Position numbers and translations under genes: made by a program
UHGV virus genome: UHGV-1550212
Length of the DNA stretch: 64,000 nucleotides
Direction: 5' to 3' (one strand)
Source of the DNA: a virus
Shown: in pieces, positions 1 through 9,959 of the stretch
How positions within the stretch are numbered: the stretch's first letter is position 1
Layout of the letters: each line of letters starts with the position of its first letter
The notes under the pieces: model-generated
Database searches by the model: none
Told to the model about the DNA's origin: nothing
What the model saw: the letters and a program-made list of their open reading frames with translations, nothing else

Positions 1-98
1 TTTCTTGTTTGTACAGCCATAGTATGAAATTGTTTGAAGTTTGTCTGTTATTTGTATTGCAGACAAGCTCGAACAATTTCATCATTCAAGTATGTCTG

Positions 99-506
99 CT
101 ATTTGTAGAAAGCGCGATTAATTAACACCCAACGAGTTGTGTTGCCTGCAATAAGAATTGCATATGACATTGCGCCAGTTGCATTTGCTGATACATCTGA
201 GTAGCCTGCTGCATAGTACAATGGCCCATTATTAAATGCAAATGTTGTTGTCGCATTGCAAACTGTTGCATTGCCTACTCGATTAATAACACATGATTCG
301 CCATATGTTAAGTTTGACAATGCGCATGTTATTGCTGACGATGTCGTTATATTATGCACTGTGTTTGCGACTGCATTAAATGACGCAGATTCAAGCGTCG
401 CATTCGCCATCAACGCACTATCAATGAGGTCGCCAAATTGTGCCGAGGTGGGTTTATCTCCGGTTTCAAAATACGTTTTGAGTACCGAACGTGTTTGAAC
501 TGCCAT
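99..506 (-). CDS. putative tail-fibre-like virion protein
   Basis: 135-aa ORF, ATG confirmed (cat at 504-506 on + strand). N-terminus KTYFETGDKPTSAQFGDLIDS resembles N-termini of phage tail-fibre/structural proteins (recalled, not searched). Confidence 0.4.
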   Translation of the reverse strand: MAVQTRSVLKTYFETGDKPTSAQFGDLIDSALMANATLESASFNAVANTVHNITTSSAITCALSNLTYGESCVINRVGNATVCNATTTFAFNNGPLYYAAGYSDVSANATGAMSYAILIAGNTTRWVLINRAFYK

Positions 507-615
507 ATGTTTCGATGTTTTAAGTTATGCAATGTGACATGAAAGCAACACTGCAAACTTTCCATCGAATGCAATGTCGCCTACGTTATAACAAGAGATT
601 GAGCCAGATATGTGA

Positions 616-629
616 CCCCCCCCCCAGTT
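616..629. repeat. C10 homopolymer, left arm of inverted repeat
   Basis: CCCCCCCCCCAGTT (616-629) is the reverse complement of AACTGGGGGGGGG (920-932); the arms enclose the tandem-repeat cassette. Confidence 0.7.
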
Positions 630-727
630 CAATTTGAATGTCATAAAGCTTATGAGTTTTTCAAAAATTAAATTGTTTGTTTTATATATTTTGACTGCTC
701 ATATGTACATATCAAAACTCAAAAGAT

Positions 728-875
728 TTGCATCTTGCATCAAAACTCAAAAGTTTTGCATTTTGCATCAAAACAACATCTTAGTTGTTTTGCATCTTGC
801 ATCAAAACAACATCTTAGTTGTTTTGCATCTTGCATCAAAACAACATCTTAGTTGTTTTGCATCTTGCATCAAAA
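728..875 (+). repeat. tandem 34-bp direct repeats (about 4 copies) with TTGCAT(C/T)TTGCATC core
   Basis: TTTGCATCTTGCATCAAAACAACATCTTAGTTGT at 789-822 and 823-856, a partial copy at 857-875 and degenerate copies at 728-788; each unit carries the inverted repeat GTTGTTTTG / CAAAACAAC. Confidence 0.7.
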
Positions 876-904
876 ACTCAACTCACTTCAAAAACTCAAT
901 TCAT

Positions 905-1261
905 ATGCAAATCCCTCGTAACTGGGGGGGGGCACAACAAGCCCTCCAACAAAGAAAGCTGTTAAAGCAGTTCACCGTACATATTTATACTCGGTACACT
1001 ATACCAATTAGACTGACATTTCTTGATAGAGAATTGCCACAAGAAGTTGGTCCTATTAAAACAGTGACGCCAATGTTGTATGATAATAGTACAGCTATCA
1101 CAATTTACAAAGGCACGCAAGTGTTCTATGATTTGTACTATGATGAAGTTAAGTTTGCTACGCATATCATAGCAACACAAGGCAACACAAACTATGGTGA
1201 AATTGAATTTGACGCTGATGATATCAAAGCATCAGAATATGCAATATACATTGGTATTTGA
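905..1261 (+). CDS. hypothetical small protein; G9 homopolymer in codons 7-10
   Basis: ATG at 905-907 directly downstream of the tandem repeats; reading frame runs through the G9 tract (924-932) to the stop at 1261. The track's longer 785..1261 ORF starts inside the repeats (MFCILHQNN is repeat translation). Alternative start ATG 1075. Confidence 0.3.
   Translation: MQIPRNWGGAQQALQQRKLLKQFTVHIYTRYTIPIRLTFLDRELPQEVGPIKTVTPMLYDNSTAITIYKGTQVFYDLYYDEVKFATHIIATQGNTNYGEIEFDADDIKASEYAIYIGI
920..932. repeat. G9 homopolymer, right arm of inverted repeat; lies in codons 7-10 of ORF 905..1261
   Basis: AACTGGGGGGGGG; in frame the tract reads tgg ggg ggg gca (W G G A). Confidence 0.7.
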
Positions 1262-1330
1262 TAAGTAAATTTGTAAACATTTCAGACTATATTACACTTA
1301 GACTGTATCAATTAAGCGCGTCACAGTGCA

Positions 1331-1365
1331 CAAAAAAGACTCAGCAATATTGCTGAGTCTTTTTA
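1331..1365. terminator. bidirectional hairpin terminator
   Basis: A-run, stem AAGACTCAGCAA / TTGCTGAGTCTT (1336-1361), T-run; lies between convergent ORFs 905..1261 (+) and 1381..2136 (-). Confidence 0.55.
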
Positions 1366-1380
1366 TGCATTTGCAGTTCA

Positions 1381-2136
1381 TTACAGCATATTCCAGTTTG
1401 TCATGTCATACATGTTGAAGTTGAACGCTGATGTAATATGTTCAAGAGCAGTCAAGATGTCATTACCAACTACTGGGTCATTTGCAATAAGCAAAATACA
1501 GTCAGTGACAGACGTATCGACCATGTTGCCTGCTTGAAAATCATTGAGCATTAGCCATTCAGCAAAGCAGTTGTCATAGTACGCAGGCTTGCCTGCAAAC
1601 ACTTTATCATCTCCAAATGATTCAAATGGGTGCGACAATGTCGATGCAAGCAGTTGAATGTCTTCATCTGTGCAATGAGATTCAATTCCCTCAAGCACAA
1701 TTGCTACACGCCACTCATTTGTCTCTGAATCGCCTCTATGAATTTCGTGAATCCAGGGTAAGCATGCAAGTGTATCACCACATGTCAAATTGACATTATC
1801 AAGTGTCTCACCTTGACCTGCGTAGCAATATAAAGTGGAGCCAGTGCCATAACGTAGACAGTCATTTACACTGACATTATCAAGATACACTGAACAAATT
1901 GACAATGCACCTGCACCAAGCCTGTTTGCGGGAATTGTCAACTTATATGTTGGCACGCCATTTGGCTGCACTGTGATAGGTGAGCCTGCTAAGAATTCAC
2001 CAGTGTCAGCATCATAGCATTCGACTTCTTGCATAGTCGCATATGCAGCTTCAAGCAGTGAACCATCTGCTTTATTGATAGCGCCGCTGATAATAGTGTC
2101 ACGAAGAGCCCCCCGCGATTGACTGCTGGCGTTCAA
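1381..2136 (-). CDS. hypothetical virion protein
   Basis: 251-aa ORF; start codon at 2134-2136 is TTG (no in-frame ATG upstream before a stop); first internal ATG is codon 35. Confidence 0.45.
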   Translation of the reverse strand: MNASSQSRGALRDTIISGAINKADGSLLEAAYATMQEVECYDADTGEFLAGSPITVQPNGVPTYKLTIPANRLGAGALSICSVYLDNVSVNDCLRYGTGSTLYCYAGQGETLDNVNLTCGDTLACLPWIHEIHRGDSETNEWRVAIVLEGIESHCTDEDIQLLASTLSHPFESFGDDKVFAGKPAYYDNCFAEWLMLNDFQAGNMVDTSVTDCILLIANDPVVGNDILTALEHITSAFNFNMYDMTNWNML

Positions 2137-2220
2137 ACCAGAGTTGAGTAGTTTTCATAAGCGAAAAGACTTTTGTATGTGAAATTTATTGACATATTAT
2201 ATATCATGCTGCACTACGCA

Positions 2221-2256
2221 CAAAAAGAAGAGCATCGGTTGATAACCGATGCTCTT
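2221..2256 (-). terminator. rho-independent terminator
   Basis: Perfect 13-bp stem AAGAGCATCGGTT / AACCGATGCTCTT with 3-nt loop, followed on the minus strand by a T-run; 50 nt downstream of the stop of 2305..2919. Confidence 0.5.
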
Positions 2257-2304
2257 TCAAGTTCTGCTGTAAACTGTTCAATAGTGTAATCTCGTTGTAC
2301 TCGA

Positions 2305-2919
2305 TTACGATACAGTCCACGGGCAGTTTGCAGTAACCGTAACCGTAACTGCAGGAGTACCGGCCTGAGGAATCTTGATTTCCTGCTTGTCGAGCACCAG
2401 CGTCGGGTCACCAGCAGCCTGAACGATTGCAATCTGAGCAGTCTGGGCACCGTTGGCAGTTACCAAAATCGATGTCGTACGCTCATCAATCGTCAAGTTG
2501 GCGGGAATGTCAAGCTCAATGCTGAACGCAAACTCAGCGCTAGCACCAGGGTCACCAGTGATTGCCACACCGTTGTTGGTTTCTACACCAGCAACCGCGT
2601 ACTTTTCAGGCAGTTCGATAACGAACTCGCCGCCCTCAACGACGCTGAACGTCAGCTTCAATGAGTTAGATACACCGGTTACGGTAAGAGTACCGCCAGC
2701 CTTAGGAGCTGACATCTCTGAACCGTTGTCAAATGACACGAATTCAGCCTTTGCAGTCTGCTGCACATTGTACGTCGAAGGCGTCGAAATACCGGCACCC
2801 TGAACGGTTACGACACCAGTACGTGCAATACGACCAGTGTGGGCGTCAGCAGAGTTGGAAATTGAACCATTACCCGAACCAGATGTCGGGCTAAGTTTCA
2901 ACCATGCGGGTTTAGCCAT
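2305..2919 (-). CDS. BACON-like N-terminal-domain protein (tail/fibre associated)
   Basis: 204 aa, ATG confirmed. N-terminus MAKPAWLKLSPTSGSGNGSISNSADAHTGRIARTGVVTV fits the BACON pattern (W..SP.sGsGN.....a..HTGR..R.G..tv); paralogous N-terminus with 2976..3575 and 3647..7975. Confidence 0.55.
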   Translation of the reverse strand: MAKPAWLKLSPTSGSGNGSISNSADAHTGRIARTGVVTVQGAGISTPSTYNVQQTAKAEFVSFDNGSEMSAPKAGGTLTVTGVSNSLKLTFSVVEGGEFVIELPEKYAVAGVETNNGVAITGDPGASAEFAFSIELDIPANLTIDERTTSILVTANGAQTAQIAIVQAAGDPTLVLDKQEIKIPQAGTPAVTVTVTANCPWTVS

Positions 2920-2975
2920 TGTTCAAAATTGTTATAAAGTGAGTGTATATGTGTACAAAATTCGATGATTGCTCA

Positions 2976-3575
2976 TCAAAGAATTTTCCAAGAAGCATTT
3001 GATGTCAAGTTCATTGTGATTGTTGTGCCGTCATCATCGACTGTCACAGACTCTGTGCTCAATACAAGAGTTGCTGCCGCAGCTGCTTGAGTAATACTAA
3101 CATTCAATGACTTGCCACCAGGTGTCGTCACTGTCAATACAAATGATTTCTGTTCAATTGTCAAATTTTGCGGTATTGTAACTTCAATTGACCAAGCAAA
3201 CTTTGCAATATATCCAGGGTCATTTGCAATTGCTGTGTCATTTGTTGCAGCGGCGCCATTTGCTGTGTACGCAGTCGGAATGCTAAGATTCGGATTTGTA
3301 GTTGCAAACTTAAGTTTTGCTGCGTTAGACTCACCAGAAACGACAATTTTTGTGGCAGCAGCAATCACATTATATGATGCTGTGCCTGACACAAATTCTG
3401 CAAGAGCAGCTTGGTTAATCGTCGTTTGCTTTGTAACTGTAGGTGTAGTCTTCGTTTGCACAGTCGCAATTGTGCTACGAATGCCTCTACCTGTATGAGC
3501 TCCTGCAGTAAATGCCAGGATATCATTGCCTTCACCAGACATTGGTGAACACTGCGCCCATATAGCTTTTGCCAT
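2976..3575 (-). CDS. BACON-like N-terminal-domain protein (tail/fibre associated)
   Basis: 199 aa, ATG confirmed; N-terminus MAKAIWAQCSPMSGEGNDILAFTAGAHTGRGIRSTIATV paralogous to the two neighbours. Confidence 0.55.
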   Translation of the reverse strand: MAKAIWAQCSPMSGEGNDILAFTAGAHTGRGIRSTIATVQTKTTPTVTKQTTINQAALAEFVSGTASYNVIAAATKIVVSGESNAAKLKFATTNPNLSIPTAYTANGAAATNDTAIANDPGYIAKFAWSIEVTIPQNLTIEQKSFVLTVTTPGGKSLNVSITQAAAAATLVLSTESVTVDDDGTTITMNLTSNASWKIL

Positions 3576-3646
3576 TGTTACTGTGCAATTTTTAATTGTT
3601 TGACATGATATTTATATGCATTGCTTAAGCAATGTTGAATTGACAT

Positions 3647-6600
3647 TTATCGAACAAGGAATGACGTACCAACAACCATATTCGGGATTGCCAAGCCATT
3701 GCCAGACTGGCTTACTGCAACTGTGCCACTTGTGTAACCTGACAATGCTGCAGTAATTGTTGCCGACCTGCTGTTATCTGAACCCCAGTTATTTGCAGCG
3801 GACAATGTCGAACCTCTGATTGTGAATGCGCCATTGTTCGATGAGTACGTTGGAGTAACCGCAGCATCTGATGTTGTAGACTGACCTGTCGTGTACTTTG
3901 TGACAGTTCGACCTGTCGTAGACAATGTTGCAGTGCCACCAGCAGCCCCAAAGCTTGTAACAGTTGAGCTGACAATCAGAGTCTTCGTAGTCGAAGTCAC
4001 ACTGTTGGCTTCCTGTGTAGCAGTGATTGCTTTTGAGCCAGTTTGACCATTCAACGCAACCGTCATATTGACTGTAGCGGTTCTTGCAGAACCAGCAGTT
4101 GTGCCACGATTTGCAGCAGTCAATGAACCGGTTGTACTACTGTTAAGCGTAAAGCCAGTAGTTGTAGCCATACTGTATGAAATTGTACCGCCAGATGTAA
4201 TAGTAGTTTTTGAACCACTTGTGTACGTTGCTGTCTGCGAGTATGCTGGCGTGCCTGTTGGAGTCTTTGTTGCACCTGCTGCAGCAAATGTTGCATATGA
4301 TGTTGCTGTAGTAACTGTGACTGCACTGTATGATACACTGTTAGTTGCTTGATAGACATCAAGTGCTTTTGTAGCAGTCTTAGACCCTTCACCAGTAGCA
4401 GTTGCAGTCAAAGTGCCAATCTTTGTACGAGCTTTAACTGTAGTGCCAAGCGATGATGCGCTGACTTTTGTGCTATACGCAATGCTAACTGAGCCTGCCC
4501 TTGTGCTGCCAGACGTATATGTAATTGTCTGTGATGCACTGATGCCAGACATTGATGCGACTTCACCACCGCCAGCAGGAATATCTGATACAGAACCACC
4601 AGAGATTGTTACTGCGCCATATGTCGTAATTGCATTTGCAGCTTGGTACACATCGACTGCTTTTGTTCCAGATTTGCCATTGACTGTTACAGTAACAGTA
4701 GATGTTGTAATCTTTGTGCGGGCTTTAGCAGTAGTGCCAAGTGAACTACCAGACACTGCGCCAGTAGACGTTGTTACACCAGTACCAGACCATGATTTGC
4801 TGCCGCCAGACGTAACTGTCTGTGTTGAGCCACTTGACCACGTAACTGATTGACTGAATGACACCGTAGGCGTAACTGAGCCGCCTTTTGCAGGAATATC
4901 ACCATAAGTCATCGAAACTGTTGGCATGCCATATGTAGCAGCATTAGCATTTTGAGATGCAGTAGCAGTCTTTGTTCCACTGATAGTCTTTGTGCCTGCT
5001 GCGTTGTATGATGCAGTTGGCGTCCATGTAGCCTTTACAGTCTTTGTGACTGTTGGCGATGTTGTTGCACCACTTGCAGTAGTGCCTTTTGATGATGCGG
5101 TTATAGCACCAGTAGATGCATTGAGTGCAGTGAACAATCCTGATGCGCCTGGCCAGCTATATGATGTTGTAGTTGACAATGAACCATACGTAGATGCTGG
5201 CGCAGTAGTTGAAGTACTGCCACTACTAAAGTGGTATGTTACTGTGTTTGCACCATTTGACGGTGTAGATGTTCCGCCACCTGCAGCAATTGCAGGATAT
5301 GACATCGAACCAACTGCAATATTGAGTGCAGTCACATAGTTGCCTGCCTGATAAATCGTTGCAGACTTGCTGGCAGATTTGCCATTCATTGTGACTTTAA
5401 CAGTCAGTGTACCTGCAGTAGTCTGGTTAGATATTGTAGTGCCCTTTGATTGCACAGTGACTGTCGATGTGTACTCAATTGTTCCGCCGCTTGTCAGTGT
5501 TTCTGTCGTCTTTTCACCAGTAGCATATGTCGTAGTTTTGACTTGCGAATAAGTTACTGTACCAGATTTTACAGAACCGCCGCTTGCTGCAATGATAGTT
5601 GCAGACGGTGTCAAGTTAACTGTGATATCGCTATATGTAACTGTGCCAGCAGATTGAGCTGCTTGATAAACATCTGCAGCTTTTGATGCAGACTTACCGT
5701 TGAGTGCTACTGTGACAGTTAATGTGCCAATCTTTGTTCGTGGCTTAACTGATGTGCCAAGTGATGATGCAGATATACCTGCTGCTGGGCTATATGAAAT
5801 TGTGCCACCAGTAGTAATGTTCTGAGTTGATGTTGATGTGTATGTAGCAGTCTGCGAATATGACACATTGCCACTCTTAATTGTACCACCAGTTGCAGGA
5901 ATATCTGCTACAGTGAAGCTTGAAATTGTAACTGCGCCATATGACACAGTGTTTGCAGCTTGCTTGACTGTGCAAGAACCAGTTTTTGTAACACCGCCCT
6001 CAGTGTATGAGCCAGAAATTGTAATGCTGCGTTCTGCGCCTACGACTGTTGTGCGATTTGCTGCAGTTACTGTAGTAGTCGACAATGTAAAGCCAGTTGC
6101 TGAACCGCTAAGTGTTGCAGATACTGCAGCAGATGACGTTGAGCCTGATGCATATGTGTATGACGCTGTTGAAGTGATTGTAGTTGAACCGCCACCAGCT
6201 GCCAATGTTGCAGCGCCAGGTGTCAATGTCAAGCCATTCAGCGTCTTTGAGTTTGCAGTTTGTGTTGCAGTAGCAGTTTTTGTAGCAGACTTGCCATTGA
6301 TTGCTACCGTAACTGTGACAGCATTTGAAGCATCAGTAGAGCCTACATATGATGTGCCCATTGACGTTACAGTCAATGCGCCACTTGTCGTATTCAATGT
6401 CCAGCGTGACTTAGCAGTCATTGCATAAGACAATGTAGCACCACTTGTCAATGTGCCACCTGAGCCAGCTACGCCATTCCAAGTCCAGACTTGTGAATAT
6501 GAAACAGTTGGGTTTGATGTACCACCAGCAGGAGCAATGTTTGAATATGAGAACGTTCCAATGACAGGCGTTTCATAGACTTTAGCGCCTGCAGCTTGGT

Positions 6601-7975
6601 TAAACGTGATGTCTTTTGATGCAGACTTACCATTTGCGGTGACTGTCAAGGTAACAACAAATCCATTACGTGCAGCAGTAGAATTGTTGTTTGTCACTGC
6701 GACATTCAAGCCAGATAAGCTATAGCCTGTTACAGCAGTTTTGACCGCAGCAGTCCATGTGCCACCTGATGTGTTGCTGTCAGTTGAACCGCTGCTGTAT
6801 GTCATTGACTGCGTAAATGTTGCAGATGCATTGGCTGCAACAGTTTGACCTGCTACTGCAAGAGCAACTGGTGTTGTCTTTGTAATGACTGGCGTGCCAT
6901 ATGTAATGCTGTTAGCAGCTTGTGTAATCGATACAGTAGCAGTTGCATTGCCATATGACGCTGTGCCACTAAATGACCGAGCATCACCGACAGTCTTGCC
7001 ACGATTTGCAGATGTTACAGAATTTGCAGATATCGTAAATCCTGTTGCAGTGCCAGTAATTGTAGGCTTGACATTTGTTTCAGTAGATGTAACAACACCA
7101 TTCCATGTTACAGTGTAAGTGCCTGTGATTGTTGATGTTCCACCTGCTGCAGTATGACTTGTTGAATATGCGTTCAGAGCAAGTTTGTATACGACTGAGC
7201 CTGCTGCTTGTGAACATTTAACAGTCTTCGATAAGTCATGACCACTTACAGTCAGTGTTGGTGTAACTGCTGCAGTTGATGCATTGTTCGGTGTATTGAC
7301 AGTGATTGTTACAGGGCCTGTGCCAGATGCTTTTGAGACTGACCAACCTGCAGGTACGCCTGAAATTGTCCATGCAAAGTCAGGGTTACAAGAAATTGCG
7401 AATGTTTTCGATTCACCCTTTGCAACAAATGACAGAGTTTCTGGTGATACTGCCAATGTTGCACTTGCACCAGCTTGATTTACAGTAAATGCTGCAGACT
7501 CGCCACCAGGCGTTGACAATGTAAAAGTGAACGCCTTTGCAGCGATTGCAGTATGTGCATCAATCTGCACTCGTACAATCACTTCAAATTCAGCATTGAC
7601 ACCAGGGTCATTGTCAAAGTTTGTGTTGAGCTCGTAGTTTTTGCCTGCAACAGTCACGCCAAGCACTGTGCCGCTTGCAGTACCACCAGTACTGCCAAGC
7701 ACAAGTTTTTGTGCATTTGTGACGCATTTCAATGTTGCAATAGTGCCACCATTTGACGCAATGTTTGTAGATGCAACTGTAGCTCGTATAGTTTCACCAG
7801 GAGACTCTTGCAATACTGCACAGTTTTCAGTTACTACTGGTGAACCTGTAGTTGTTTGCGCAGTAAAGCTGCCAGACCTGTTATTTCGACCAGTATGCAC
7901 AGATGCTTTGACAGACAACTGTGAGTTGCCTGTGCCAACATCAGGTGTAACTGTCAACCAAGTAGGCTTTGCCAT
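3647..7975 (-). CDS. large tail fibre/adhesin-like protein with BACON-like N-terminus and tandem Ig-like repeats
   Basis: 1442 aa, ATG confirmed; BACON-like N-terminus, then very Thr/Ser/Gly/Ala/Val-rich repetitive beta-rich sequence with recurring GGT.SG, LNGKSASK and VYQA motifs typical of Ig-like repeat arrays. Confidence 0.6.
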   Translation of the reverse strand: MAKPTWLTVTPDVGTGNSQLSVKASVHTGRNNRSGSFTAQTTTGSPVVTENCAVLQESPGETIRATVASTNIASNGGTIATLKCVTNAQKLVLGSTGGTASGTVLGVTVAGKNYELNTNFDNDPGVNAEFEVIVRVQIDAHTAIAAKAFTFTLSTPGGESAAFTVNQAGASATLAVSPETLSFVAKGESKTFAISCNPDFAWTISGVPAGWSVSKASGTGPVTITVNTPNNASTAAVTPTLTVSGHDLSKTVKCSQAAGSVVYKLALNAYSTSHTAAGGTSTITGTYTVTWNGVVTSTETNVKPTITGTATGFTISANSVTSANRGKTVGDARSFSGTASYGNATATVSITQAANSITYGTPVITKTTPVALAVAGQTVAANASATFTQSMTYSSGSTDSNTSGGTWTAAVKTAVTGYSLSGLNVAVTNNNSTAARNGFVVTLTVTANGKSASKDITFNQAAGAKVYETPVIGTFSYSNIAPAGGTSNPTVSYSQVWTWNGVAGSGGTLTSGATLSYAMTAKSRWTLNTTSGALTVTSMGTSYVGSTDASNAVTVTVAINGKSATKTATATQTANSKTLNGLTLTPGAATLAAGGGSTTITSTASYTYASGSTSSAAVSATLSGSATGFTLSTTTVTAANRTTVVGAERSITISGSYTEGGVTKTGSCTVKQAANTVSYGAVTISSFTVADIPATGGTIKSGNVSYSQTATYTSTSTQNITTGGTISYSPAAGISASSLGTSVKPRTKIGTLTVTVALNGKSASKAADVYQAAQSAGTVTYSDITVNLTPSATIIAASGGSVKSGTVTYSQVKTTTYATGEKTTETLTSGGTIEYTSTVTVQSKGTTISNQTTAGTLTVKVTMNGKSASKSATIYQAGNYVTALNIAVGSMSYPAIAAGGGTSTPSNGANTVTYHFSSGSTSTTAPASTYGSLSTTTSYSWPGASGLFTALNASTGAITASSKGTTASGATTSPTVTKTVKATWTPTASYNAAGTKTISGTKTATASQNANAATYGMPTVSMTYGDIPAKGGSVTPTVSFSQSVTWSSGSTQTVTSGGSKSWSGTGVTTSTGAVSGSSLGTTAKARTKITTSTVTVTVNGKSGTKAVDVYQAANAITTYGAVTISGGSVSDIPAGGGEVASMSGISASQTITYTSGSTRAGSVSIAYSTKVSASSLGTTVKARTKIGTLTATATGEGSKTATKALDVYQATNSVSYSAVTVTTATSYATFAAAGATKTPTGTPAYSQTATYTSGSKTTITSGGTISYSMATTTGFTLNSSTTGSLTAANRGTTAGSARTATVNMTVALNGQTGSKAITATQEANSVTSTTKTLIVSSTVTSFGAAGGTATLSTTGRTVTKYTTGQSTTSDAAVTPTYSSNNGAFTIRGSTLSAANNWGSDNSRSATITAALSGYTSGTVAVSQSGNGLAIPNMVVGTSFLVR

Positions 7976-8030
7976 TTTATGTCGTTTTGTTATTTTCTGT
8001 GATATTTACACACACAATGTAACTTGCATT

Positions 8031-9959
8031 TTATCGAACATGCCAAAGAGTGTTCGACTTCACATTGACAGAGCTCTTAAAGTTATTATGACTGCACAGC
8101 CAAACATGCGACTTGTCAAGTTCTGCATAAGCATCTGACTTTAAGAATGCTTCAGAAGATTTGCTTGTCTGTTGCTTTGTCATTGACGCATCACCTACAA
8201 GCATTGCAGTCGAACCTTTATACACTTGTTGCGCATCATCTGCAATTAACGTAGCTTCAAATGGCTGTTGTTGCATAAGCAATGCAAGCGTAGACCGACA
8301 TGAATCTTTGTCTACTCTTATATGTGTAATTTTGCCGGCAAAACCATACAGCTGAACAATGTCTGAGTCATTTGACCAGTCATGCAAAATTGATGTAGAC
8401 TTAACAACTTCTGTCAAGATTTGCATGTCATTGACTGTGGTCGATGTTGACAAACTCAGTACAAGTTCAACGTCACCATTGTTAAGATTGCGTTGTCTAA
8501 TGACTACGCCGTTCCAGCTCTTGCAAATCTTATCATCTACGCTTGCTAAGCTTTCGCCAGTTTTGACATCAAGCACATGTAACAAGCCAGATGACACTGC
8601 AAGCATCAATCTGCCAAGTCGCATCAGTTGCCATGATGCTGCTTGAGCTTTTGCATTGTCTTCAAGCATAAACAAGCAACATGCAGACCAATCTGACGTA
8701 TCAAGTGATTTGACATACTCAACTGCAATGTCATTGCCAACTGCATTCATATCATAATATGCAGCAGACACTGGCACATATTTGAACGACAGCGGTGATT
8801 CATTTACACTGACTGCTTTATGAATGAATCTACGATTATTTTCGTACATGCTCAAGTCGACATGCATGTCATTAACAAACATATTGAGAGCAATGTCTTC
8901 GACTTGTTCAGTTGCAACTTTGTCTGCATCAAAAGTATCAAATGTTTTTGTGAGCTCGTCCAAATTAAGTATCTCTTTCACATCATCAGCAACTTGCATT
9001 TTAGACTCGTCACGGTATTCAGGTCGGTGCTCATATGACTTCAATGTCAGCTCATAATATGGCGTTGATAACATAATGCCATCTGGATGTTGCACAGATG
9101 CAACTTCAAGCATTCGATTTGCTATTGGTACATAGCAATAGTCAAATTGCTGTGGCTGCTTGCCAATGCCAAACACTCGTTCGTATTCTGCTTTTGGCAC
9201 ATGAGCCGTTATACCTTGTTCAAAGTCAATGTCAAATGCGTCATATGTGACTTTGTTCGTGCTAAATTCATTGTCAACAACCATCAGCTTCAGCCACTTA
9301 ACTGCACCAGTATGAATCAAGTCATATGCACGTAATGATGCAACACGATGTTCATCTGACACTTCATGACTAAACCAGATAACAACATGACCAAGCTGAC
9401 GATTCACAGCATTTACAATGTTATCTTGCAATACTATAGCATCTTGCATGTGCGTGTATGGATTGTACAGATGATTGTCTGATTCAATGACAATTGATGC
9501 TTGTTTTGCTGGTGCAAGAATCTCATCAGCGTATGTGACATTGTCAACAGATTCTTCGTTGACTTTGATATCTTCGAGTACGTATGAGTCATGACGAACG
9601 TTTGCTGCATCTGTCCATTGCTTGCGCCATGCAACATCAACAATCATAATGAACTTGACATGTACAGGCTCATCTGCAGTTGCATATGCAAGTACAAACT
9701 CATTCAAATGTGTCGCAGCGTCATACACAGAACCAGGCTCAGACCATGTCTTGCCTGCATCTACAGACCATTTGAATTGCACATTGAGCATTGCATAACA
9801 TTGCTCAGCGTTATCAACAAGCTCAATGTTATTCAATGAGCCTTTGATATCTACAGCAAATTCAAGATACAGTGTAGAATCTTGTCTTACGATGATGCAA
9901 TCGTCATCAGCCCTTTGTGACACTGACTGCTTTGTTGATTCGTTTGATGACTTTGCCAT
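8031..9959 (-). CDS. hypothetical structural protein (baseplate/tail module)
   Basis: 642-aa ORF, ATG confirmed; position within the structural gene block; no recognisable catalytic motif. Confidence 0.5.
   Translation of the reverse strand: MAKSSNESTKQSVSQRADDDCIIVRQDSTLYLEFAVDIKGSLNNIELVDNAEQCYAMLNVQFKWSVDAGKTWSEPGSVYDAATHLNEFVLAYATADEPVHVKFIMIVDVAWRKQWTDAANVRHDSYVLEDIKVNEESVDNVTYADEILAPAKQASIVIESDNHLYNPYTHMQDAIVLQDNIVNAVNRQLGHVVIWFSHEVSDEHRVASLRAYDLIHTGAVKWLKLMVVDNEFSTNKVTYDAFDIDFEQGITAHVPKAEYERVFGIGKQPQQFDYCYVPIANRMLEVASVQHPDGIMLSTPYYELTLKSYEHRPEYRDESKMQVADDVKEILNLDELTKTFDTFDADKVATEQVEDIALNMFVNDMHVDLSMYENNRRFIHKAVSVNESPLSFKYVPVSAAYYDMNAVGNDIAVEYVKSLDTSDWSACCLFMLEDNAKAQAASWQLMRLGRLMLAVSSGLLHVLDVKTGESLASVDDKICKSWNGVVIRQRNLNNGDVELVLSLSTSTTVNDMQILTEVVKSTSILHDWSNDSDIVQLYGFAGKITHIRVDKDSCRSTLALLMQQQPFEATLIADDAQQVYKGSTAMLVGDASMTKQQTSKSSEAFLKSDAYAELDKSHVWLCSHNNFKSSVNVKSNTLWHVR

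Noticed and set aside
728-875. Possible CRISPR array (regularly spaced direct repeats).
   Set aside because: The repeats are contiguous 34-bp units with no unique spacers, and no cas genes are present.
634-904. ORFs 634..852 and the 5' part of 785..1261, and the first 28 codons of 41364..41816, all beginning MFCILHQNN.
   Set aside because: These are translations of the tandem non-coding repeats; the same artefactual peptide appears at two unrelated loci.
2453-7118. Numerous plus-strand ORFs of 60-200 aa inside the BACON/Ig-repeat genes (for example 4413..4853, 5838..6428, 6885..7118).
   Set aside because: They lie antisense to long, motif-supported minus-strand genes and have low-complexity Ala/Val/Pro-rich translations typical of shadow frames in repetitive coding sequence.
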